A stretch of 64,000 nt of DNA from Octopus bimaculoides (GCF_001194135.2 NC_068990.1:3861524-3925523), one strand, 5' to 3'. Positions 25,510-39,118 are shown, numbered from the stretch's first letter. Numbers and translations are program-made. The notes: generated by a model from the letters alone, not told the origin.

Positions 25510-26700
25510 TATGTGGCACATTTATAGTTTTGATAATGCAGTCTTTATACTTCAGAATAATATCGCTTTTGCAATGTGGCTCTCCATTCATGACACAACC
25601 AAATTGCATTCAGCTGCATCTAACTGACCTGCATGTTCTCCCGATGACCTCTTGTATTGCCAATAACAATTTGAAACTCAAAAGTAAGTGCAGTCTCCAA
25701 GCCACACGGGTAACTCCTGACATATATATTCTTTGCTTAAACCACATTTTTAAGTTTAAGAATCATGTTAAAAATTTGTGCCTGGCAAAATTTCTCTATA
25801 ATGAGCCTGACTCTTCAAGTTACAAAATATAGCCGCAGAAACCGAGGCTTTTCATTAGAGAAAGGGCAGAAGTGAACCAAATTGTGATGTATTTGTTCTT
25901 GTACTTTTAAAGTCGATACGAATTCCCTTTCTCGAATGATGTTTACTCGAAAGGAAACCATTTGGAAAGCAAATTTATATTCTCTGATCGTCTTCAAAAA
26001 GACGCAAGTATTCATCAGTAGAATCATTAAAAACCTGTTATAGGTGCTCTGCTGGATCAGGAACAATTGATAGATTAACTTATTATGAGAACAACACATT
26101 GCTTGCATTTGCATTTTGTTTCCACTTCTTGGCCAATAACTTGTCAAAATTATTGGGCATGTTACCAATTGAAACATTTGTTTTTAGAAGCATCGTCCTA
26201 TCTGGGATGATGGGTGAAAGCATTGCTATTCCATAATTTATGTATTATATGGCTGGGATCTAGCCTCTGCTTATCTTCATTGAGCTATTTTGCTTAGTCT
26301 GGCATGTTTCATGGTGTCCATGTAAGCAATCTGACAGCAGTCTGTTGTAGGCGAGCCTTGGGTTATCATATGCCTCCAGTTGTCTATGGACAGCCTGTCT
26401 GGGAGTATTCTGTTTACAAGTGTCACCTACATTGTCAATTTCTATTTTTCTGCAAGCTGCGTTCCAGGCAGCATTATTCTGAAGTCGCTGTTGTCACAGT
26501 TCAATTATTTCTGATGTTTCCAGAGCGCACTTGCATTTGGCAGCAGAGGATGTTGTAAGTAGGGTACATCTTTTTTGTGGCATTATTGATGGAAAGAAAT
26601 CATTAAAAGATCAGTTTTTATCAAGTGTCGTGTCCTGTTATACCACGGAAGAAAAAACTTTCCACATTCAAGAACACTCAGGAAGCTACGCAAATGTTGA
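25510..26700 (-). mobile_element. Highly degenerate RLE-type non-LTR retrotransposon fragment (post-RT region)
   Basis: Broken remnants resembling HxPkaxxxRLY and LLAIQEQVI motifs on the minus strand, with many stops. Confidence 0.4.
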
Positions 26701-26929
26701 AGTTATAGAATGAAATTATCAATGTCTGCCTCTGACCTGTGGCTATAAGTTAATGAGAAATAGTAAAAATGTGAGAAGATAAAGGAATCGATTGACAAAA
26801 CACATGGAAAAGTAAACAAAGATAGTATTTTTGTGACATTTTTTAATAAAATAACCTGATGCCAAAAGTTCAAAGAGTCTGGCATTTTTTTATACGGAGT
26901 AGTATGTGTTGAGAGAAAGAGAGAGAAGG

Positions 26930-27069
26930 GAGACAGAGAGTGAGTGAGTGAGTGAGTGAGTGAAAGAGGGAGAGAGAGTGAGAAAGAGAAATTGCTGTCA
27001 CTGAAAAAAATGTAGTAGAGTAGTGAGAGAAAGGAAAAGAGATGAATAAATGAAAAAAACATAAAATAT

Positions 27070-27115
<46 letters not shown>

Positions 27116-27274
27116 GGAGGGAGAGAGAGAGGGAGAGAGAGAGNNNNNNNNNNNNNNNNNNNNNNNNNNNNNNNNNAGAGAGAGGGGGGGGGCGTTTGTA
27201 TGAATTAGGAGTCACTGAGGAAAACGAAATTTGTAAGAGAGAATAAAAGAAGGAGACATAGAAAAAGATATCGA

Positions 27275-27316
<42 letters not shown>

Positions 27317-27346
27317 GGGGAGAGAGAGAGAGAGACGGAGAGAGAG

Positions 27347-27381
<35 letters not shown>
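26930..27381. repeat. Compound (GA)n/(GTGA)n microsatellite block with a small gap
   Basis: Direct reading; explains the LSLSLS ORFs. Confidence 0.9.
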
Positions 27382-27550
27382 ATATGATACATTTAAAAGA
27401 ATGGGGAATAGGACAAGAGGTGGCACAGAATCAAACAGGAGATATTTGAGGAGACATAAATGATTCTTAGATAAAAAAAAGAAAAAAATACGCTTTTATT
27501 GTGTCTTTACGGTGAACTTATAAACTCCGGACAATATAACTATATATATG

Positions 27551-27592
27551 AAGGCGACGAACTGGTAGAATCGTTAACACGCCCGGCAAATG
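27551..27592 (+). mobile_element. SINE family A 5' fragment
   Basis: aaggcgacgaactggtagaatcgttaacacgcccggcaaatg. Confidence 0.75.
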
Positions 27593-27606
27593 TAAATAAT
27601 GTACAC

Positions 27607-27642
<36 letters not shown>

Positions 27643-29803
27643 TTCTTGAGGGAGAAACTATAAACCCGACATGCACATTAAAAATTCTACTTGCTCAGTT
27701 TGATTTGGTCGTGGTGATTTAAAACCTCAAAATTATATTTCAGCAAAATTGCTACTTGATCATCATCAGTACCATCATAATCATGATCATCTTATCATCA
27801 TCATCATTATCATCATTCTTAACACCTCCATCCATCATCATCACCACCAATGGCCGCCGCAACCGTGTAAGCTTCATGTCTATTTTCCAAGTGGAAAGAA
27901 AAATGCAAGAACACCAAATTCTGGCTGTTGCTCACTTCACATTGGTGCCATTTCATTTGTTAGATAGTTACTCTATCTAATATCTAAGAATTTTGTTTCT
28001 ATTAATATTTCTTTTTCTAGATACTTGTCTGTTTATGAATTTAATTCTTTAATTTCCCTTGTGAAATTAATAATGGCACGTGACACTAAAATAATGCAAT
28101 ATATATGTCAGCACGCACTCTGAAGAAGATTCTCTTGACAAAACTATATAAAGATTTTATGAATATCATAAGTATAGTTATATTGCCCGGTGTTTATAAG
28201 CTCGGCGTAAAATCACAATTGCAGAGTTTCTTCACAGAAAATTACTCGTGTTTATTGTGATATGTATCAATGTAATGCTTTTATCTCCACTGGCGTGAAA
28301 TACACTATCCCACGCTCACACACGAACACACATTCACACAGGCATACGGACGCACAGATATACACAAATACATATATACTTACATACATTCACACACTCA
28401 CACACGCACACACACGAACGCAACAACGCACGCTTGCGCGCGTAGTTTTTGAGATAGGAAAAATTAATACGTTTAATGAATTCTGGAAACGAAACACTCG
28501 TTTGCGCTTTCAATATTGTCTACTCTCCCTCAACCCATTTCCTTTACACTAAAGTATTTGAATCCAAATGTTTTCATGTACGTGTATATGTGTGAGGGAA
28601 TACGTGCGTGTTTTATTTGACATATAGCAAACAGAATTTATGATGATTGATATATAATCGATGGGGAAACTGCAAACCGCTTTACACGTAAGCGCGCGCA
28701 TATTTATATATACATATATACAAACATAAATGTGCTTTACAGGGAGAAATTGCGTGTCGTGCTCCCCTTGGCGCCATCTCTTCTGAGGGATACTTCTGAC
28801 GGAGCCAGCTATCATACCGTTCGATTGGTCTTTAGCCCCTCTACTCCCGGTTCCGACGATCGATTTGCACAGAGTAAAAAACTACACACATTAAGATACA
28901 TGCATTTTCTTATGCAAACATCATTATGGTCATTTGTAAATAACATTTATTTTTCAGCCATTACAGCCATGTACTTAAAATTGCTGATCTGTGAATATTG
29001 GAAATTGTACTCCAGCATAACCTGGATGGTTAAAACTAAATATTAAAAAAAAGAATGAACAGGCAGTAATCACTTGTATGTCGCTACATTTTTCTAAATG
29101 AAGATCGAACTTAGAACTGCTATATACAATAAACTAACAATTTTCTCACCTAGCAATAGGCACGCGCGAACCTTTGCTAAACTTTCATATATGTGGTCTT
29201 TCGCTCACTTCTCAACCCACCCACTATAAATAAAAAAACTATTGATTGTTTAGTCTATTTCATCACTAGAACTACATTTATTGTTAAAACATCGTATCGA
29301 ATATATTAGGAAATATATTGGATATCTGGAAATCTGTGTAATTGTTTGTTTGTTGTAATTTTTATCTTTTTCCCCCTTTTGTTCTATGCTTTTCTATTTT
29401 TTTCGATAAATTTAATTCAAACTGAATAATTCCACTCCCCAATTCCATTCTACGCTCTTCGTCTTTTTTTCTACGAGAAAATGGAGTGAGATTTTAAAAG
29501 AAAGCAATTGCTTATATTGACAGGAAGCATGGATAAATGCGTTAAATGAACGAACTCTTTTGCTTTTGAGGTCATTCAATAATCTTCTGTGGCATTTATG
29601 GTTGACTACCATGAATTGAAAACAAAAATCCTAACAATAGATTTTTTTCTCTCTTATTTTTCATTTCCCTGCACAACTTATTACATAATGAGATTCTCTA
29701 AATAGATTCTGAAAAAAATTGTTTCCGAGAACATACGTAAACCAATTTTCACTTTACTACAATACACGCACACACACACACACATACACACACACATACA
29801 CAC

Positions 29804-29863
<60 letters not shown>

Positions 29864-30264
29864 CATGTATTAAGGAGTTGAACTTGTGGTTTCTTTGGGT
29901 CCTTCGAGACTAATGAGGCATATATAGTTGATGTGCCTATTGAACAACTGCAAGGAGGCGACTGCAAAAAGATATGGTAGAGAAGGAAATTCAAGAGGCT
30001 TACAGTTCTAGAGAGAAGTGATTGGAAATAGTAGTCAGTTCAGGTCCAATGAGCAAGGCAAAATGTGAATGACGAAAAGAAATGTGAGGAAGTGAATGAG
30101 CTTGGCTGGATGGAGTTGGTACAAGATAAGTCAGGACCGAAAATTAGAAGCCACTGTTTGTCAGTAGGTAAGTTAGAGAGTGAATTTCTTTCGATTAAAT
30201 ACAAATGTAAATTTATTAAGGGTAATTTGTAACTGACTCTTCTCCATATTATACTGGTACTTGC

Positions 30265-30478
30265 AAGGCGGCAAGATGGCAGAAACGTTAGCATGCTGGG
30301 CGGAATGCTTAGTGGTATTTCGTCAGGCTTTACGTTCTGAGCTCAAATTCCGCCGAGGTCGACTTTGCCTTTCATCGTTTCGAGGGTCGATAAATTAAGT
30401 ACCAGTTGTGTACTGGAGTCGATTTCATTGACTGGGCTCCCTCTCCAAAAATTTCGGGCCTTGTACCTATAGTAGAAA
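30265..30478 (+). mobile_element. SINE family A, full length, tail type 2, with a 17-bp target-site duplication
   Basis: Flanked by ATATTATACTGGTACTT (30246-30262) and ATATTACACTGGTACTT (30479-30495). Confidence 0.93.
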
Positions 30479-30519
30479 ATATTACACTGGTACTTACATT
30501 AACCATCGAAAATAATCTT

Positions 30520-30715
30520 CCACGTAGTCGCTCAACATACTGTAAATAGCAACCAAATCTCCTTTAAATATGCCCCAGTATGTTTGAACAACGACACATT
30601 AGTTAATGTAGTCCAAAGTAAAGTATGCTGGAAAAAAACAGACGAGCTTGTCATAACTGTAATGCTTTTGATCATAACATGATCAGCGATGTTCTAGGGC
30701 TGAACTACTACAATG
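30520..30715 (+). repeat. Old interspersed repeat family F
   Basis: aatagcaaccaaatctcc...acacattagttaatgtagtcc...aatgcttttgatcata...ctagggctgaactactacaa. Confidence 0.6.
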
Positions 30716-31524
30716 ACGACAACTGGTATTTATTCAGGTCGACGTGACGGCCTCCAAGCAGTCCTTCAAACTGCCTTAAATAGCACGTAGATGTCCTGGA
30801 ATCACTCTATACCATCTTAAAAAAGGAGACCATCACACATTTTGTAATGTAGTCCAAATAAAGGACGTGCTCGATTTTATGTCTCCTGATAAACTTTAAT
30901 TAAGTAAAGTTCATTTATGACCTTGCATAAAATAATTACTTCCCGTGAAAATTACAGTGTGATTTTCCCCTATTGACGACGTTTACAGACATGAAACATT
31001 TGTCAAAACCTGTAAAATTGACTTAATATTATATTTGATAAACTGAAATATAAACTTGTGCTTTTAATTCACATTTCTAATCCAATCCTATTGACTTTTC
31101 CTTCCTTCATCGCTGTGTCTTATTCTTCAATACTTGTAAAAATAACAATCTATTTTCCATTTGAAATACTAATATTTGATAAAGGAAAACAATTGCATGG
31201 GTAACATGGAGGATATTGGCAAAATTTGACTGAAAAATAAAAAAGAATTTGAGCTGTTATGAAAACATGTTTGTCAGATGATTCCAATGTTAAACTATAA
31301 ATACAGATTATCTAATCTTGAGAATAAAATAACGAGAACAGCTGTAAATGTAATTTTTGAAAACCGACGTAAAAATATATCTTCAGAAAAATATCATTGA
31401 AGTTATATTTTTAAAAAAATCGAATTTATTTAATATAAATAAGGAATCTATGTCTGCGAACCAATTTGGGCAAAATATATAATCTTTGTACAGTTTTACA
31501 TCGCATGTGGACGAAAAACAAGTA

Positions 31525-32074
31525 TCAGGTCATCCCATAAGCTCTGTCCGAATTTTGAATAAAGAAAACAAGTGATCAAATGTTATATTTAATTGAAATT
31601 TAATCATCAATGTACTTTCCCTGATTATCTATGACTTCCTTCCATCTATTTACAAGTTTTTTAATCCCATCAATGTAAACCTTTTTTGGTTTCAAAGCGA
31701 ACAACTCTGAAATGTCAGTTTCGACCTCCTCCTGGCTTGCAAAAGTTATGTCCCCCAAATAATTCTATAAACTACGAAACAAATGATAATCTGAAGGAGT
31801 ATAAGGTGGATGAGGAATTTTTGGGAATAAGGTGGATGTGACCTTTGCAGTACGGGGTCGCGCATTGTCCTGATGAAACATCATTCCTTTTCGATTCACT
31901 AAAGCGGGTCGTTTTTTCTTCAAAGCTTGGTTCAAACGCTCTAATTGTTGACAGTTTAAATGTACACAAATCCATAAAAATAATTTTTAATTCCATTAGA
32001 CATTCTGAAATATTATTAAATTTCATTCAAATTTAAAAAGGATAAAATCGGACAGAACTTATGGGATGACCTGA
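31525..32074 (-). mobile_element. Complete 550-bp internally deleted mariner with ~30-bp TIRs and TA target duplication
   Basis: TA|TCAGGTCATCCCATAAGCTCTGTCCGAATTTT ... AAAATCGGACAGAACTTATGGGATGACCTGA|TA; the internal minus strand carries the transposase C-terminus, close to 1536-1793. Confidence 0.95.
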
Positions 32075-33195
32075 TAAAACGTAATTACATGTTTATAAAA
32101 TTTCTAAACTCACGACCTTTACGTATTTAACAATCAGCAAGTTAATATTGCAGTTTTAAGAATTTTTTCCAATGAACTTCAAAAATATATTTCAATTTTT
32201 TATAGTACTCATCTCCTCCAAATTCAGTGGAGTTATAAAATCAATTAAGTGGAAATCTATTTGTTTTACCGGACAATTTATAACACCAGATAAAAATAAT
32301 AATCATGTTTTTCGAGGAATTCTCTGTTTCTGCAATTCCAATCATAAAATATATAATAATCTTCATACAAAACCGTCTAGATATTCGTTTTACAAGTTTC
32401 TTGATGTATAAACGCATGTTGAAACTGATATTGTTGTATCGTGGAAGGATCATACTGCCAATAAACACACACCGTTGGCTATGTTTCACATCCATTTGAT
32501 TACCAGTTGATTAATCGATTCTTCTGCTGATGAACAAGAGATTTTGAGTGTCATATAGTCATTGGTAAGTCGATAGAATGTGACGGACGGATTTCGACAT
32601 ATTAATCGATTAACCACTTGATCGAGTTATTAATAATCTAACTGATTGGTCATAAAACTGAAGTCAAACATAACCAGTGCGTATGTTTTTATTGGCAGTA
32701 TGTCTCTCCCAAAACACAACACATAAAATCATCTAAGCTACTATTTATCAGATTCTAATTCATTGCAATCTCTGCTTCACATACGCTTGTTACTCTCCTT
32801 CCTCTTTTCTACCAGTACTACAATGAATTTTATTTCTCTGAATCAGCTACTTACATCCCTTCTGAGTGGACCTCCATATTTACTCGCGACTATATTATCC
32901 CATAAAACAATTAACGAAAGCATGGTATGATACATGCTACGAAGCCATACACAGTTGCGAGTGTCGGCCATGATTCACTTTGTCCTCCAGGAATACTTTA
33001 CCTACTCAGCTCTCGTCTTCTTTTCATTCTTACTGCGTCTCAACCCACAAGCTCTGCACTAAATACTTTCCAAAAAATTTTCCCCATACCTGCTACACTC
33101 TGGAATTTCCTTCTGTCTGTATTTTTCCTACAGACACTGATTTGGTGATTTTAAATCAGCAATATCCATCTAATTAGTTTTTAAATATCTGTAAA

Positions 33196-33415
33196 TAATA
33201 TCCTTTCTACTATAAGCACAAGGCCTGAAATTTGTGGGGAGGGGTAAGTCAATTACATTGGCCTCCAATACTTGACTGGTACTTATTTCGTCGACCCCGA
33301 AAGGATGAAAGGCAAAGTCGACTTCGGCGGAATTTGAACTCAGAATGTAAACAGGGAAGAAATACAGTTAAGCATTTTGCTCGACGCGCTGACGATTCTG
33401 CCAGCTTGCCACCTT
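33196..33415 (-). mobile_element. SINE family A, full length, tail type 2
   Basis: cctttctactataagcacaaggcctgaaattt...ggaatttgaactcagaat...gattctgccagcttgccacctt. Confidence 0.92.
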
Positions 33416-34546
33416 TGCACGTGATGAACACCACATATTCCTTGAATATCATCATTTTCCATTCTTATGTCTTTCAAAGTTAATAGAAATTTGTGGGTGT
33501 GTTCTTCGCAGAAATACCATGGTATCTGGGGTTCACAATATCATTTACTCTTAAATCGCAAGCATCACTAAAATTTGGTCCGACATTCTCAGTTGTAGTG
33601 TTCTACTTGACGAAAACTGAAAGATAATATTATCAGACAATTAAATTGAAGATATATTATTTTATAGAAAGAAAATCTTGGCTAAATTCGAACCCAAAAC
33701 AAGAAGGGCTAGAATTAAATGTTGCGCTGTATTTTATCCGACTCCGGCGCTGTAACGATTTTATCAAAACCTCCCCTTCTTCAAGGGATTTTTCACAAAA
33801 AAGAAAGACATACATAAGTTTCAATAACCTGTTCTCGGCACAGTTTACTTCTATTAATCAATGCTATTTTGTCAGTTGTTGCCAATACACTCATGAAACG
33901 ATTGTGGAAATATATTGCTCAAGATGAAGCGTTAAGCATATTGCGAATTAAAAATAATTCATTCAAACATTTACTACTTCATGAGCCTTCTTTTTCTGAA
34001 AGTAGTTTCTGCTTTGTCGAAATTGGTTTAATTATCTTTTTACGCCGCAGAAATATAAATTTGATTTTAATTAGATCATTAATTTACAAAAATAATTGCT
34101 TTCTAATTGATGGGTTTTATTCTCTATCGTCGTTTTCCATAGCATTAAGCTGCTAAGAAATGAGAACTCTATCAACTAACCTCTTCCGAAAATGTTGTAA
34201 TAAATTTATTACAGGTTAAATTTCAAACCAAACTGCTATTTACACATCACCTCATAGCATAGTCCAACAATAGTTATATGCTCCTTGCTCCACAAATTCC
34301 AAAATCTGATTTAATTTCGGAAAATGTTTTCACAAAAGGCAAATTGCATCTCATAAAACTTTGTTTGGGCTAATACTCTTTACAATGGGATTATAATTCA
34401 GTTACGAATTACTGTTAACTAACCTCAAATTGCAAGTATACCTTGAAACTATACATTGTGAACACTGGCAGCTAACGGAGCCATTGGGTTTCGCTAGAAA
34501 TGGCAGTCAAATTTTCTTTAAATCATGACAGACTAACATAAAAAAA

Positions 34547-34630
34547 AATTGAACGCAGGATGTAAAGACGGACGAAATGCCGCTAAGCATTTTCTGCGGC
34601 ATTCTAACGATTCTGCCAGTTCGCTGCCTT
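34547..34630 (-). mobile_element. SINE family A 5' fragment
   Basis: aaagacggacgaaatgccgctaagcattt...aacgattctgccagttcgctgcctt. Confidence 0.85.
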
Positions 34631-35646
34631 GAACGAAACACCCTTTCTGAGTCATATCGACTCATAATAAATTAGATATTAATATTGATGCACCCTACTG
34701 GACCGGTAACCTGAAAATACATGTTCCGCTCAATCAAATCAAACTTGTTCGCCTTCCTCATCAATTTAACTAGATTTTTTTTTTAACGGATAAACAAAAA
34801 AGGTAAGAAAAGAGTTAATTCAATTAACTGAATGATCGATTCATACAGCCACCCCTCAACACCTGTACTTGTGATATTTAGATGAATGTTTATACTGTAC
34901 TCTGCGATTGAATGGCCCTCTAATTTGAAGAATTTACCCTGTGAAAGGACAGTCATTCAGTACAGCAAGTTAATATTTCACCCATGAATCTTACTGTGAT
35001 GTACCTACAGCTGAAGAGGGTTTTATACTATTTATAGCTGGAAAAACTTGAAATTTGAGATTAGTTATAGTCACCACGCATCACCAGTGACAGATAAAAA
35101 ATTTAATCTTTTTTGCCGAATTACAAAAGGGGATATGATGAACTTCACCTCTAAATTCATTCTACTCCACTGCTATTCTCTAGTACTTGTCATTCAAAAT
35201 TTAGTATTCAACAGCTCCGGATGCCGGCAGTTACTGGTATACCTAATCTCTATGTCTATAGGTACCCTACAACAATGTTGAAGTGGTGGACAGGATTTTT
35301 TAAATACTTTGCAGCGAAAGTTAATGTTATTCATTGTCGAAGTGCCGCGTGAATGTATTACGAACGTATATAAGGTTTTGGATATTGAAAACAAAATGTA
35401 ATTATTTCGAAATTGAAGAATCAATGTAGCTTATACTCGGTTACAGTTTATGGAATTTTATGTAAAATAACACAATATATATGTATCTGCGGGTATGTTG
35501 TATGTATATGCGCATATAAATATATATATGTATGTGTAAATAGATAGATAGATAGATAGATAGATTCTGAGGAATATGGTACTTAAGCTGAGGCACCTGA
35601 ATTTAGTACGGTATTATCCATACAATTTCAAAGTAAGGTGATTAAA

Positions 35647-35874
35647 ATCAAAATAAGCAACAAGGATATCCAGAGGCAACGCAGTACGATCGTTTCATGC
35701 AACTCCATTTAATTGAACAATGCAATCATTACATCAATTTAAAATGTAGAGAAATTTTCAGCTGAAGATTGCTCTGCATTTTAAATTGAAGTAATGATTG
35801 CATTGTTCAATTAAATGGAGTTGCATGAAACGATCGTACTGCCTTACCTCTGGATATGCTTGTTGCTTATTTTG

Positions 35875-35876
<2 letters not shown>
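35647..35876. repeat. Spacer-less 230-bp palindrome (115-bp arms) centred on CAG|CTG
   Basis: Positions are symmetric about 35761/35762; the arms are near-identical reverse complements, e.g. gcagtacgatcgtttcatgcaactccatttaattgaacaatgcaatcattac. Confidence 0.97.
35759..35841 (+). ncRNA. Type I hammerhead-like motif with intact core inside the palindrome
   Basis: CAG-CUGAAGA-UUGC...GCAU-GAAAC-GAUC-GUA-CUG; the mirror copy on the minus strand has CUGAAAA. Confidence 0.6.
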
Positions 35877-35909
<33 letters not shown>

Positions 35910-37689
35910 CACATTCATACGCACACATTTTTATATAGGTAATGCGAGTGTGACTATTAGACCAACCAATTAAATACTGACATCTGCTCTTTACTGCTTT
36001 ACATAGAAGGTGGTAGACAAAATCTTTATTATTAATGTAAAATTGAGAGATTCACTAATTCTGTATTCAAAATATTTAAGATATATTTTTATTCTTGTCA
36101 TCTCATAGACTAATAATTCACACACATCTCTCATTTTCTTTTTTCTTTCTCTTTCTTTTTCTCTCTTAAAGGATTAAATTTCCTGCAGGCAATTAAGAAA
36201 CCTATCTTAATTTAGCAAATAGTGTTGTTCAGTTTCACAAAATATCTAAATTTATTGTATGACAGTCGTTGCTCTTTGTATCAGTCACATTTGATAATGA
36301 AATGTTCTTTGTCCTTGGAAATGTCTTATTTTATCTCTAGTTCCTTGTAAGAAATGAGATCTGTTCGTTGACACTAAATATAATAAATTCTATTGGCATT
36401 TCAGTTAGCAATACCACTAAATATTTACAGTAAATGAATATATTAAAGTAATGAATGTGCTTAAATACATGTGATTTTTATTTTTGTTTTATTATCTTGC
36501 TTAAAGCTATGCTATAACTACTTGGTATGATAGATGAGAACTGCTAGACTCTTAGAATAGCTAAACGATTTGACCAAGACACTTTAGTTTTCAAGGACGG
36601 GGTCGAGCTACTTAATTGTAGCCAGGCACAAAAGAATGTCGTTACATCGATGAATATTTTCTTGTGTTGCAGTGATGAATTCAGATCTATACCTGAGTGT
36701 AACTTCCGTGTTAACAGTGAAACTATAGTGAATCAGTCTGGCGGTGCTTGACCCATCTCAAGTTTTATTCAGAAGATATATAAAATCTGAACCGGAAATT
36801 AATGTATGCTTACCAGTGCAGTAGCATTTTTTTATAATTACGTATTATTCTATACACACAGAAAGCATAGATCTAATTTCTATATATACTCCCTTAGTTG
36901 CCTACAACTCTATTGCTTGAGCTAACACTAATTCCTGAACTGAGACAAGATAAAGACAAGGAATAAATTTTATGCAAAAAAAAAGTACCATAAATTGGGG
37001 CCATAAATTCAGAAACAACGTACCAACTTGAACCAGGAGCAACGCCCCACCCAGCAAAAAATTTCAAAACATTTTATATTTGCTCAATATTATGTGAAAA
37101 TATCGCCTGCAAATTTTTTATAGGATATTTTGATTCTAATATTAAAAGTTCTATAATTTCAATCCAATATTCATAAAAGTATTCTTACGAAGCAGTGCAT
37201 GTTTCTGGTTTCTGTTCATACCTGTTTGAATAGCTACAAAATATATTGAAGTGCGTATGTATAGGATAAATATATTGCATTTCTAATAACATAGTAACAA
37301 AGTAGCAACACATTATATTGTATTGCATGAATGAATTTTCTCCTTTATATCCATCTTCCTTATGAGAAATAGAATAATTTCGCAATTGTGCGCATTTGCA
37401 TACTGTTGAAATAATTGGTTAACAACATAAAAAAGAAATGGATCCCGCATCCTGTTGATAACTAAGCAAATATGAAACTGAAGTAAAACTGCTGTCAAAG
37501 AATAATGCTAACCGCAAGAGAATATATATGTGATTTCCTAACCAAGAGTGCACACTAGTAATTATTAAGTCTGAACTTATCATACGGGATCAGCGATCTA
37601 GCACCTGGCGTTCACGGCCATTATTGCATATAACACACATAGCAATGCTTGAATAAGACAGGCTTATAAATTGTCCAGAAATAATAACA

Positions 37690-37904
37690 ATAATAATAAT
37701 GGTTTCAAATTTTGCCACAAGGGCAGCCATCCTGGGGGAAGGGACCAGTCGATTACATCGACCCCAGTGTTTCACTGGTACTTAATTTATCGACCCCGAA
37801 AGGAATAAAAGCAAAGTCGGACTTGACGGAATTTGAACTCAGAACATTAAGACGGACGAAATATCACTAAGCATTTCACTCGGATTCTGCCAGTTCGCTG
37901 CCTT
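37690..37904 (-). mobile_element. SINE family A, tail type 1
   Basis: ggtttcaaattttgccacaaggg...gtcgattacatcgaccccagtg...ggattctgccagttcgctgcctt. Confidence 0.92.
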
Positions 37905-37919
37905 TATAATAATAACAGT

Positions 37920-38128
37920 AATAATCCTTTCTATTATAGGCACAAGGCTTGAAATTTGGGGCAGAGGGATAGTCGATTACATCGACCCCAGTACTCTACT
38001 TTTTTTTTTAATTTATGGACCCCGAAAGGATGAAAGAAAAGGGGGAATTTGAACTCAGAACGTAGCAGCAGACGAAATACCGCTAAGCATTTCGCCCGGC
38101 GTGCTAACGTTTCTGCCAGTTCACGCCT
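37920..38128 (-). mobile_element. SINE family A, tail type 2
   Basis: cctttctattataggcacaaggcttgaaattt...gaaataccgctaagcatttcgcccggcgtgctaacg. Confidence 0.92.
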
Positions 38129-38146
38129 AAATAAATAAATAAATTA

Positions 38147-38210
<64 letters not shown>

Positions 38211-38221
38211 GAAGAACAAAT

Positions 38222-38680
38222 GGTGAAACCGTATGGCATATTACCAGTCAATGTCCGGAAATAGCCCGGGAAGAATATAAGCGACGTCATGACAATATAG
38301 CAAGGATTGTCCATTGGATACTTTACAACAAGTATGGACTTGACAGAGCAAAAAAGTGATACGAGCATAAACCCGAAGGCATCATCGAAAATGATAATGC
38401 AACGATCCTATGAGATTTTATGATTCAGTGTGACCATGAGATAGAGAATAGGAAACGAGACACAGCGTTAATTCAGAAAGAAAACAAACGATGCTGGATC
38501 ATAGATATAGCATGCCCAGCTGACAGCAATGTATGCGATAAGGAAGAAAGAAAAGTCGACAGGTATGATAGGTTAGCTTGGGAGGTTAAGAAGTTGTGGT
38601 CGCTGAAAAAAGTGGTAGTAGTACCAATAATTGTCGGAGCCCTGGGAACAGTGAGCAAAAGTCTTGAGAAGTACATGGAT
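38222..38680 (+). mobile_element. RLE-type (R4/Dong-like) non-LTR retrotransposon: zinc knuckle plus restriction-like endonuclease, 5'-truncated
   Basis: GETVWHITSQCPEIAREEYKRRHDNIARIVHW...IL*DFMIQCDHEIENRKRD...IIDIACP...KVDRYDRLAWEVKKLW...VVPIIVGALG; preceded by (TAA)n. Confidence 0.9.
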
Positions 38681-38780
38681 NNNNNNNNNNNNNNNNNNNN
38701 NNNNNNNNNNNNNNNNNNNNNNNNNNNNNNNNNNNNNNNNNNNNNNNNNNNNNNNNNNNNNNNNNNNNNNNNNNNNNNNN

Positions 38781-39118
38781 ACCACAGATTTGCTTGTCAG
38801 TTGTTAGGCCTTATCCAGTTGAGCATGTCCCTTAGTGACTGACGATATGTGCATCTCTGATCATGAGCAGAAGTTGTGGGGGAGCATCGTAACCATGTGT
38901 TGAGAGGAATTCTTTGGGGTTGGGATAATTCACCTTTGGAAACATGGGTGTTTCGTTCAACATCCTTAAACAACCCTTTATTCAGGGACCTTTTGAGCTG
39001 GATGGGCTACTCGACCTGAAGAAAATTCTAACTGGGCTCCAGCTGCAAGGTCATGCGCTGTTTATCTTGATATGAGATCACCATGTCGCGCACATATGGT
39101 TGTGATGCATGTGCCTGC
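38781..39118. repeat. Interspersed repeat resembling an abundant octopod retroelement UTR
   Basis: GC-richer block recognised from memory of octopus repeats; single copy in this window. Confidence 0.35.

Noticed and set aside
35005-35075. CTGAAGA-GGGTTTT...AAAACTT-GAAA, hammerhead-like
   Set aside because: Stem II is plausible, but stems III and I cannot be formed.
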